A stretch of 64,000 bases of DNA from Macrostomum lignano (lineage: Eukaryota), in the NCBI GenBank assembly GCA_002269645.1, contig NIVC01000045.1, positions 372,001 to 436,000 of the forward strand, read 5' to 3'. The notes below the pieces were generated by a model. It was not told where the DNA came from. It saw only the letters and a program-made list of their open reading frames with translations, and made no database searches. How positions within the stretch are numbered: position 1 is the first letter of the stretch; each line of letters begins with the position of its first letter. The translations under genes were made by a program, and so were the position numbers. Below, one piece after another: positions 33,014-43,479 of this stretch.

Positions 33014-36000
33014 CTGCTGTGTTGGAAGGAGCTGGCCAAGCCGGCTCCGAAGACCCCAACGCAGCCGCAGCAGCATCTGAATCTGATTCTGCCTCCGTGG
33101 CGGATTCTGCGCGCGACGTCAACGTTGACCTAGATGCCGAGGACATTAGCTTACCTTACGAGAACCTAATCGCTTTTCCAAGAGGCGCAGACAAGTCCGG
33201 CATGATATCTAAGTTGTCCAGCCAAGACTTCCGCCTGGTCTACTATCCTAATATGCTACGCAGTGTTGCCATCGATGTTTATGACAGGCTAGTTCAAGAC
33301 CTTCTTCCAATTGCTGTGAGACATCGGCCCCAGGAACAGCGTCGAGTTGTGTGGTATTGCCCGGAGTATTCTTATTCCGGTGTCCCGCTTGGCGCTAACC
33401 TGAAGTGGCACCCATTAGTAAAGGTTATGCGAGATTATCTAGAGCTCAATGCAGACATAAACGCACCTAAATTCAATAGCTGCCTCATTAATTTCTACGA
33501 ATCGGCAGATGATTGTATACCATATCATGCCGATAACGAGCCAGAGCTTGGCCAAGACCCCTTCATTGCTACGGTCTCCTTCGGAGCCGTGCGCCAATTC
33601 TTGGTAAAAAATAACGAGGATCAGCGTGTAATTGCCCAATTTGAGACCAACCCCGGCTCGGTGATCGTAATGTCGGGAGCCTGTCAGCGAAGATGTAAGC
33701 ACAGTGTCCCAGGAGTCGGCGTCCAGGAGGGTGTACGCATCTCACTCACCTTTAGGGTGACCCATCCACCTGGCGTCGGCACACCGGGGCACGGAGGCGC
33801 GACAGCGGCAGCAGCACCCGTCGGGGATGGGCCTGGCAGAGGCGGGGCGGCTCCAGTCCTGCTACGTCGGGCCCCCGGACGAGCGTGGCGACCGGGCAAC
33901 CAGGCAGCAGTGGGGCGGCCGGCGCGCCCGGCCCTGCTGCGCTTGGCAGTTCCCGCAACCAAGTCCAAGACCGTAGCAGCAATGTTGGTGCGGGGCGCGG
34001 TGGCGCAGCTCAACGGCCTAACGTCCAAGGGCGCTCATATGCGTCAGCTGCGGGTCAGAATATTAATAATCAAATTAGGAATAATAATAATAATGCTGCA
34101 CCAGGCCGGCAGAATGTAGTGCCGGTCGTCTTTACCTTCGACGGCGACACCGGCGACAGCAGCTTCAGCCAAATTAGCTTCCTCAAATGGTTGGCGTCAA
34201 ACTTCCAGGGCAACGCCCGAGCTACGCTGATCATCAGATCTTCCTCCGAGGGCCGCTGAGGGAGCCGCACATAAATGGTGTACCAGTTAACCGTAGACTG
34301 CCTAATGCCAGAACAACGTATAACAGACCCGCTGACCGGCAACCTCCAGTCCAATCGGTGCACTCGGTAGTAGTCCGGGGAGTGCCGGTCGAGATTGAGA
34401 TGCCGGCGTTCATTCAGCACCTGCGGGAGGACGTGGGCTTGAAGATCATCTCCGCGAGCCGCATCACGTCACGAGCGCGCAACTAGCCGACTCACCTCGT
34501 CCGCCTATTTCTACCAAATAAAGCCACTGCGGATGCTTGCCTGGCGACAGGCATCGTATCGCAGTTCACGAGGTATGCCTGCGAACAAAGCAAGACGGCT
34601 GCTCCGGCTAGGGCGCTCCAGTGCCATAAGTGCCAGCGTTTCGGCCACAGCGCGAATCTGTGTCGTGCTGCTCCGCGCTGCAACATCTGTGCGGCGGCGC
34701 ACCGCTGGCAGAAGTGCCCGAACCCGGACGCGGCCAAATGTGCGAACTGTGGCGAGGCCCATCGAGCCAATCACAGGAACTGCCCTGTAGCTGCTTAGAA
34801 ACACAGCCAGGCGGCCCGGCGCGCTGCAGCCTACCAAGCCGGCGCCCGGGAAGCCATGGCAGCAGGGCAAGCAGCAGCTTTGCCACCAGTATCAGCAGCA
34901 GCAGTGATTGAGCGAGCTGCACCAATAGCAGCGCAGGCGACGGCAGCAGCAGCAGCGCCACCCGCCCCCGCACCAAGACCAGCTTCGGCGACTGCGCCTA
35001 GACCAACTGAGACCGCTGCACGGGCGCCAACGGCTACGGGGGTCACCGACGATGACTCGACCTGGCTTACAGGCCGTGGCCTCCCTAGTCGAAAGCGCCC
35101 TGTGCGCGACTCGGTTGACTCTGCGACCCAGACGCAGCCGCCAAGTGACCAGCCGCCTAGTATGCTCGCTGCCATGGAAGCTACGGTAAGTGGGCTCTTC
35201 CCCAAGCTGGTACAAGCACTCGTAGAGGTGCTTACGATCCTCTCACCGAGCCTAGTCGAACGGCCGCCTGCTACTGAAGGTACCGGTCAAACGGTGCCAG
35301 ATGTAGTAGGTAGGGTTCTGACCTGGGTCCTCGCGGGGGGATCGGAAAGTCACCAAGGCTCTGGTCAGCTGCTTGGCGCCCCCCTGGCGGCAGGCGGATA
35401 ACCAGACCTAGAATATAAAGTGAATAATAATCTTCGGTGATAATGAGCAAGATAGTTCCAACCCCACTGTCTTAGGGCTTAGGATCGCCCACCTAAACTG
35501 CAGGGGGATTATACCGAAGCTAAAAGAACTTAGGCTCTGGGTCTCAGAAAACAGCGCCACATCTAACTTTTGGTCTGAGACCATTCTGAAAAATACCCAA
35601 GTATGTAAATTTCCGGGCTATGCTGCAGTGCGGTTTGACCTTCCGAATACGAAGCGCGGACTCCTCCTTGTTCACTCCCCACGGGTTAAGGTAGCTGACG
35701 TCCAAGCTCTCGTATGACAACATCAACCATGAAGTTCTTACCTGCACGGTCACGCCTCTTGACGGAGCTTGCCCTGCATTTCATCTGGCCTTGATTTATC
35801 GGTCCCCATCGCCGGACAACCTTGATGTCGGTCTGATGACTCGGCTGTCTTCGGTCAAGTACTCTCTTATAATGGGTGACCTCAACGCCAGGCTCAGCTT
35901 TTTGGGGGGCGAGAGTCGCAACAACAGGGCTGGTCAACAGCTTCACGATTGGCTCTGCGGCGACCCCATCCATCGTCCCACCGTCCTTAACCAACCAGGT

Positions 36001-36436
36001 CAGTTCACCAGGATTGCCCACAAGAATGGTACGGTCTCTCGGAATGTGCTGGACCTTGGTCTGGCCTCCGGTGACCTAGTCCCCTTTATCCAGGACTTCA
36101 AAGTGGGTGACGACCTAAATAGCGACCACCTTCCAATTGTTCTCACTCTGGCGAACAACTCCCAGATTGGCAAGGGCCGGAGAAGGCTCGCAACTTTGCC
36201 AAAGCCAACTGGGAGGAGTTCCAGAACTCGCTAATGGAAAAACTGATTGACGCGTGGCCTCCCGACCTCAACACTAGGCAGCAAATTGACGCGGAGGTCG
36301 ACATTATTACAGGCGCCATCCAGGAAACTGTTGAGCAAAATTTCCCGGTCAGAAAAGGCCGTAGAGCCCTCCCCCAGAGGATCATTGCTATGATCAAGGA
36401 GAGGAGGAGGCTCCGGCGACTGTACCACAGTACCAG
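33014..36436 (+). mobile_element. Array unit F: 5'-truncated sister LINE with AlkB, zinc knuckles and APE, cut off by Gypsy sequence
   Basis: AlkB at ~33220-33760 with HAD at 33526-33534, KHSVP and RISLTFR intact. Knuckles at ~34620-34790; APE at ~35480-36200. Homology to unit C stops at 36436. Confidence 0.88.
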
Positions 36437-39400
36437 CGTTCCGACTAACCAGCGTTGCACAGATATAAGGTCTCGAAGTTCTGGCCTTATATCTGTGCAA
36501 CTGGCACGTGGCAAAGAATCGAATCATGGAGTGCCAGCAGTGGTTGAACCACTTAGATCTGCACTCTGCGCTGGGCTTTCACAGGTCCCCGCATCTCCAG
36601 CATTGGTAACGATGCAGGCAGGCAAAGGCTGCATGGAAGTTGTTAACCCTAACAACTTTCCAGTTAATATAGCCAAAGGAGCCTTAGTGGGCCTTGACAC
36701 ACCGCTTTGAACGCAAGACCTCGAGTACTATCCAGAGCTGAAAGCAACACCTGTGCGTAAGTTGCACCTAGACGATAATGTCAACTCAGCCAGTGACGAT
36801 TGGATCAATGAGATAGAGATAGGCGATTCGATCACGGAGGACCAGAAGTCCCAGGTTCGTGAGCTGATCAGAGAGTCTCGCAATTCGTTCTCCACGCACA
36901 CCCTTGATCACGGTCTGACTCACCTGGTGACCCATCAGATCATCATGCGAGACGAGACTCCAGTTAGGATCCCAGCTCGCAGGGTCCCCCCGCACCTACA
37001 AGATCAGGTTAATCAGCTGCTAGATGAGATGCTAGAGAAGGGCTTGATCAGACCATCTTATTCAAGCTACAGCTCTCCCATCTTAGTAGTGCCTAAGAAG
37101 GATAAATCAGTCCGCATAGTCCACGACTATCGCGAGCTGAATGAGCGATGCGAATACCGTCCATATCCGTTACCATCTATCCAGGAGACGTTTGCATGTC
37201 TCCGAGGATCTCAATGGTTCAGCAGCTTGGATCTTGCCCAAGGATTTTATCAGATTCCGTTGCGTGAAGAGGATCGTTTCCGCACAGCCTTCTCAGTGAT
37301 CAATCGAGGCCAGTTTGAGTTTAACGTCTTGCCTATGGGACTTCGCGATCCCGGAGCCTTCCAGCGATGCATCAGTATCCTGCTAGACGGTATCACTAAG
37401 TTCGCCTTAGGATACATGGATGACATTGTCATTCACAGTATTGCCTTCGAGGAGCACCTCGAACATCTTCGCGAAATGTTCAGGCGGCTCATCGAAGCCA
37501 ATCTTAAGCTAAAGCCACGCAAATGCCATCTGTTTAAGACAGAGTTGCACTATCTCGGACATGTAGTCGATAGACGAGGCATTAGGACTAATGAGGACAA
37601 GGTACAGCAGATCCTAGACTGGCCGCGTCCTCAGACAGTCAAGCAGCTGCAGAGCTTTCTAGGTCTCTATAACTACTACGCCAAATTCGTCAAGAATTAC
37701 GCCGAAATTGCTGCCCCGTTGCATCAATTGACTCGGAAGAACCTTGTTGGGTTCAAAGTGCTATGGACAGAGCAACACTCGAAAGCCTTCGATGAGCTCA
37801 AGAAGAAACTGTGCTCTACAGAGGTCCTCGGGTACCCAGAGTACAACACAGACCCAGACACAGTCTTCGTCCTGGATTGTGATGCCTCAGGTTTCCGAAT
37901 CGGCGCCTGTTTAGGTCAGCGCCAATCCGTTGGTGCGGAGCGGCCTGTTGCCTACTTTAGTCGGAAATTGCGCGAGCCTGAAACGAGGTACAACAACACC
38001 AAGCGTGAGCTTTTGGCCGTTGTTGACTCGATGAGGCATTTTCGATATTGCTTAATCGGCAAGAGATTTGAGGTCAGAACAGACCACAGGGCTCTTCTTT
38101 GGCTCATTCGCCAGACTGAAGCCGAAGGAATCCTGGGTCGTTGGGTTGAACGGCTAAGTGAATTCGACTTTGTTTTCATTCACCGGAAGAGAAGTTTGCA
38201 CCAGAACGCAGACAGCTTATCAAGAAAGCCAGACGGTCCGGAGTTCGATGACGGTCGTCCTGGAGCACGGATGCCCAACTAGACAGACAATGAGGCCACT
38301 GTACCCTCAGCCCTCAGATTGGTCGAAGACACCAACCAAGTAACATCCAGCAGTTCTGCCTCGCAGGAATCTCGTATTGCCGTTGCCGGCTCATCATGTT
38401 GTCCCTCAGTGGACCGATGTCCGACACCCGTTTTTGCGGCCGTTTCTGCCGACTCAACATGTTGTTCCTCAGTGAACCGTTCGGCTGGAGCGTCCGAGGC
38501 TGTCTGCCAGACTGATGCGACATGTTGTCCCTCAGTGGACCGCCGCTCGGAATAGGCAGCCAAGGTTGTTAGCTGTGGACTTTGCCCCAGTTGGACGCCA
38601 CACTACCGCACCTACGGCCATAGAAGCTGTTCGCCTTCGTGTCTCAGGTGACCTGACCGCAGAGATCCAGACCGACGACGCAGCAGGGCCACTATCTGCT
38701 TCAATAACGGAATCAGCGAACCGTAGCGTTAGTGAGGATGTTCCTCCACGCTGTCTTGTTCTGCTTAGTGATTTTCTGTCCGAACCTCTGAAGCGAGACC
38801 GACTGCTCCTCGAGCAGAAGGACCCGGACATTGAGTTCGTCAGAAACCTTTTAGCGACTAGTTCGCCTAAGCCGTCCTTTGACGCCCGACTACGTCTTAA
38901 TAGGGATACGCGCAACCTACTAGGCTACTTTGAGATGTTGCGGTTAGTAGACAACCTGCTCGTCTACGATGAAGACATAGCAGACCGTCCACCGCGCATT
39001 GTGCTACCGAAGAGTCTAGACGACCAGGTGTTCAAGGAGCTCCATGACGCCCCTTTGAGTGGACACCTCGGAGAAACTAAGACTTATCTTCGGGTTAGAC
39101 AGAGGTTTTGGAGGCCGTCTTTGAGTAAAGCGGTTAAGGCCTACGTGGCCCGATGTCGAGTCTGCCTGGAGAGCAAGACTCGCCGTCGCGAAGCTGTACC
39201 CGTGCAGAGCTTCCCAGTCTGTGAAGTGATGGGACGGCTAAACTGTGACGTTGTCGGCCCTATCTCGCAGCCTTCGCGAGCTGGCCACCGCTACATTCTG
39301 ACATTATGCGATGCTACTTCAAAATACCCTTTTGCGTTCCCGATGCGGAACCAGAAGACCAAGACCGTAGTCAAGATTCTTCAGGAAAGATTATTTCCGG

Positions 39401-39970
39401 AGTATGGTGTACCAGCGTGGCTGCACACTGACCAAGGAACGAATTTCACTGGAAAAGACTTTAAGAAGTTTTGTGAGCTGTACGGCATTAGGCACACGAC
39501 CACAACGCCTTATAATCCTAGTTCGAATGGCCAGGTGGAAAATCTCAACAAGACAATCAAGAGTGTACTCACGTGCCTGCTGGAGAAGAATCTTTAAGAT
39601 TGGGACACCTTCCTCCCAGCATGCATGATCGCCTTGCGATCTCGCGTTCACCCAGTTACAGGGTTTACGCCCTACTTCTTGGTCTTTGGAAGAGAATTCC
39701 GGATGCCCATGGATAATGAGCTTCGGGTCCCACCTGAGTATCCGGACTTGCCAACGTACGTCCAAGACTTCCAGAAGAGACTGGAGGAGGCTAACAAGTT
39801 AGCTCAGGACCGAGTAAAGCTGCATCAGGAACTTCGCGATGAGCATTATGAGAATCGCCCGAAGGCCAAACAACTTTCGCCTGGAGACTTAGTCTTCTTG
39901 AACAACCCAGTCTTAGATCAGTCTTGGGAAGCGCAGAAATTTCACAGGCTGTGTATGAAGTAGTAGAGCG
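36437..39970 (+). mobile_element. Ty3/Gypsy pol region (RT, RNase H, integrase), element 1, 5'-truncated
   Basis: YSSPILVVPKKD, LDLAQGFYQI, YMDDIVI, VLDCDASG, RTDHRAL; integrase H...H...C..C, CDVVGP, HTDQGTNF, GQVENLN. Confidence 0.92.
38390..38550 (+). repeat. Three ~60-bp tandem repeats encoding SCC/TCC-x-SVxR between RNase H and integrase
   Basis: CATGTTGT(C/T)CCTCAGTG(G/A)ACCG occurs three times. Confidence 0.75.
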
Positions 39971-40283
39971 CAAAGGAGAAGTAGTTTACAAGATCAGACC
40001 TCGCCTCCAGAACCCTAGGGCTCGTCGAGAGGAGTTGATGGTGCACCGTCGCAATATGCTACCGGTTCCGCAAGCTGACTATCCAGAGCCAGCTGGCCGG
40101 GTAGCTGAGCACCGTGTTGGGCCGCCGCGTAAGCGTCGCGTTGCCGTAGAAACCACCGCCTCTTAGAATACCGGCGAAGCCGCCGATGACAAGCTCGATG
40201 ACGATGATGATGACTGGGCTCCGCGCTACTTTCTGCATCCGGCCGCAGCGCTAGCAGCGATCCCAGAAGTCGTCGAACCTGAA

Positions 40284-41252
40284 ATGAATGAGAATGGGGA
40301 AGCTGTTCATGAGCAACCTGAAATACCTAGGGACATAGAACAGCCAGAAGCGGTGCCCCCGGACTCTCAGCCTGCTGCTGAGCGCCCGCAGAGAGACCGC
40401 CGAGCCCCAGAGAGACTAGTAATGAATCCTAGAGCTAAATCTTATGTTGCTAGGATCAGAGACACGTTCGCCTCTACACTAAGACGTCTCTTTCCGCATT
40501 CCAGCGCTATCATGAGCGACTCGGATATGCCCTTAGAGCAGCAACTGTCGCTGTCTGCCTCTAATGACTCGTTCGAACCAACGGACGCCTCGTCACCGCG
40601 CCCTGATGCAGGGCGGGTAGTTACAAAACCGGCGCCGGTATCATCGGGCCCGCCGGTCACGGCGCCCATTGGGATCACCAGACGCACGTTGCTACAGGTG
40701 GACACGAATGTCCAGACCTCAGCAGGACCGCGGACGGAGCCCCCGCTAAGGAAGACTGCTCTGCTAGACCACCCTCCAACCCGAGGTCGAGGTCGCTCCG
40801 TGGCAGGCGGCTCCCGAAGCCGCTCGAACCAACGAGCAGCAAACTGGCGGTCCACGGAGCGCCCCTCGGTGCAAAAGAGATTGGGAAGACGCAGTCGCTC
40901 TCCCCCCCGGGAGACGGCGCCGGCCAGCAGCGGGATTGCCTGCGACAGCCAGACAAGTAGGAAACCGCTGGAAAACATGCTGGTCGCTGTACTGCTGAAA
41001 GCGGCCTACACGGGAGAGATAACGGCCTGGCCTATGCCGCAGGTTATCTCCCTAAAGGCCATGTCGGAGATCGAGCGCCGAGCGCTGATTAATGAAGCTT
41101 TCGGCCGGAAACCCACCTTCTTGCTGCCCTATCGCCACCATGCGGTAGCCTTGGAGGCTGCGGTGCGTCGGGCCGCGCAGGATCTGGGAAGAATGCCAGT
41201 ACTGTCAAACGAGACTCTGGCTCTGCTCAACCCGGCGCGGCCAGGACACTGA
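40284..41252 (+). CDS. Unassigned 322-aa ORF downstream of the Gypsy integrase
   Basis: Uninterrupted ORF between integrase and LTR; Pro/Arg/Ser-rich, with a helical-looking C-terminus. Confidence 0.45.
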   Translation: MNENGEAVHEQPEIPRDIEQPEAVPPDSQPAAERPQRDRRAPERLVMNPRAKSYVARIRDTFASTLRRLFPHSSAIMSDSDMPLEQQLSLSASNDSFEPTDASSPRPDAGRVVTKPAPVSSGPPVTAPIGITRRTLLQVDTNVQTSAGPRTEPPLRKTALLDHPPTRGRGRSVAGGSRSRSNQRAANWRSTERPSVQKRLGRRSRSPPRETAPASSGIACDSQTSRKPLENMLVAVLLKAAYTGEITAWPMPQVISLKAMSEIERRALINEAFGRKPTFLLPYRHHAVALEAAVRRAAQDLGRMPVLSNETLALLNPARPGH

Positions 41253-41359
41253 TACGAATTGTAGTAGGGCATTATTTTAGGAACGGGAATTATTGTGGGT
41301 TCAAATATGCTTTTTGCCTACTATCGGTAGTTTCAACCCGGGGAAATAATTAGAGCGGG

Positions 41360-41798
41360 GGTAAATCACTAGTTTTGGGGTTTCTCTAGAACTACAGAGC
41401 AGTTGGGCTCTTGGGAATCTTCTTCTCCTGTCCTCGAACATTTATACTTGGAAAATTCACGAAAGGAAGTGGTAAGAAAAGGAAAATATAAGGGTTAAGA
41501 TTGCACTAGAGGAGTCTTGCCTCTAATATTGGGAGTCTTGCCCAACGCACAAACGTGAATAAAATAAGAACTAATGTAAAATAACCTTTTGTACGCATTT
41601 TTTTTGTTAATTTTCCAAAACTGTTAACTATAATCTTTGGTGTCCTGGCTCACTTCTTTAATCTAAAGTACTAGAATTAGGGAAAGCAGGAAAACTGGTG
41701 GCAGCTAACTACCAAAATTTCAAATCAGTACAGCAGATAATAATTCACTCGTAATCCTTAGCAAATAAGAAAACCAGTAGCTTAGCCGCGAGGTTACA
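41360..41798 (+). repeat. Putative LTR shared by two Gypsy elements
   Basis: Preceded by the purine tract AGAGCGGGG, begins (G)GTAA, ends GGTTACA, contains AATAAA, and is followed by a PBS. No second copy in the window. Confidence 0.5.
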
Positions 41799-41811
41799 CG
41801 CCCATTCCAAT

Positions 41812-41835
41812 TGGTGGCAGCTTAGAGGATTCGAA
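41812..41835 (+). promoter_or_regulatory. Primer-binding site, tRNA-Leu-like
   Basis: TGGTGGCAGC...GGATTCGAA is complementary to a tRNA 3' end of the type TTCGAATCC...GCTGCCACCA. Confidence 0.6.
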
Positions 41836-42255
41836 TACCCTAGAAGCGCATATACTAGACTGGAGCATAGTCAGGATTAGTGGATTAGTAAAGGATTAAC
41901 AGATTAACTCCTATGTGCTGAAACGTAAGGTAAAAAGTGATTAAAATTTAACAATCAAGTTCAAATTAGAAATTTAATGTACATAGTCAGTTGGTCTAAG
42001 ATTGTCTAATCTCAGATTAACGGATTAGGAACGGATTAACGCTCCTGAAAAGTATTTTAGCTTAGTTCTTCACTAGAAGATTAGCAAGGTCTCAAGTAAG
42101 GCGGAAGTAATAAAACTAGAGTCACTGCTGTTTTATTAACTAAAATCTCACCATTAGGCAAAGTAGCAGCTAAATTTGGAGTCTTGCCAAGTTACTGACC
42201 AAAATTATTAAACCAGAAGCGTTAATTCTAAAATCAAACCTAAAATTAAACTAAT

Positions 42256-43246
42256 ATGGAAGCTAATGACGTAGTAGAAGCACTGGCTGAAGGCATTAGA
42301 GACAGGCTAGACATTAGGAAACATATTAGGATCCAAAAGTACACGCCTAATCAGGATATAGACGTGTGGATTCAAGCTTTTGAGCAGAGGTGTATCGCAG
42401 ATGAGATACCCCCAGCTGAGTGGAAGAATGAGTTGCTGTCTAACCTGGATGTCCAGTCAGCGTTTGCTATAGTAACAAGGCTAAATTTAGACCCTAATCT
42501 TGCATACGCAGAATTTACGAGAACGGAAGAGTTCCGTAGTAGGTTCTAGTGCAAAACTGAAAGCACTGATGACTACGCTGAGAAGCTAACAGAGCTATTC
42601 ATAGCATGCAGGGCGTTTCCCCATCTAACCAATGATCAGAGACAGGAAGAGGTGGTGGAACAATTTATCAGAGGTGTTAGGGTTGCCCCAGAGACTAGGG
42701 AAAAGCTACTGCTAGCTCAGGTAAACTCGCTTTAAGAGACACGTCGAGTCTTGCGACGTATCGAAATGGCGTACGCTGTCTCGCCGAGGTAGAGACCCGC
42801 AGCAGTGTAAGGCAACTGGAGGAGAAGAAGCTGAGAATAGCTTGAAGGAATTAGTCCGCAAACAGGGTGAGGCGCTAGAAAACCAGCAGAAGGTGCTTCA
42901 GGAGTTACTCCGACACCACCAGAGTGTTGAACAGAAGGTCAAGCAGCAGCAGCAGCCGTCAGGTCAGCCGCAGCAAGGCCAGAATCAGCAGAGGCGTCCC
43001 CCAGTAAAGTGTAACAGGTGTGGCAAGCTAGGTCACGTAGCTAAGAATTGCAGACAGCCACATCCGCAGAACCAGCTTAGGTACCCGGCTCAGCAGCAGA
43101 TGCAGTATCAGCAGCCGCAGTATCAGCAGCCGATGTACTCACAGCAGCAAATGCAGCCGCAGTATCCGCAGCCGCATTACCCTCAGCAGCAGAATTCGGG
43201 AAACGGAATAGACGGAAGCGTCGGAGGCAGCGCTTTCCAGCAGTAG
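42256..43246 (+). pseudogene. Gypsy gag, element 2
   Basis: KYTPNQDIDVWIQAFE..., EQFIRG, and the CCHC knuckle CNRCGKLGHVAKNC. Interrupted by stops. Confidence 0.8.
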
Positions 43247-43479
43247 ATCCCTCACAGTCTGTAGCCTCACAACCTGTAAATAGCAGCGATTAATTTTTCT
43301 GTAAATAGTGAATTGAATTCGTCAGTGTATAACAGTAGGCATTCGCAAACATTTAATCAATCACTTAATCAGCCAAACATTTATTCTCAGCACTTTTCAA
43401 ACGCACCACAACAGCAACCTTATTCTAGTGAGCAGCAGCTAAAACAACCAAAAATAAATGAACAAACTAAAAAGCAAAG

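Noticed and set aside
22172-36514. Many long minus-strand ORFs over the LINE units
   Set aside because: Antisense shadows of GC-rich coding sequence; no motifs.
41695-41710. Alternative PBS TGGTGGCAGC
   Set aside because: Shorter tRNA complementarity than 41812-41835, and it lies inside the putative LTR.
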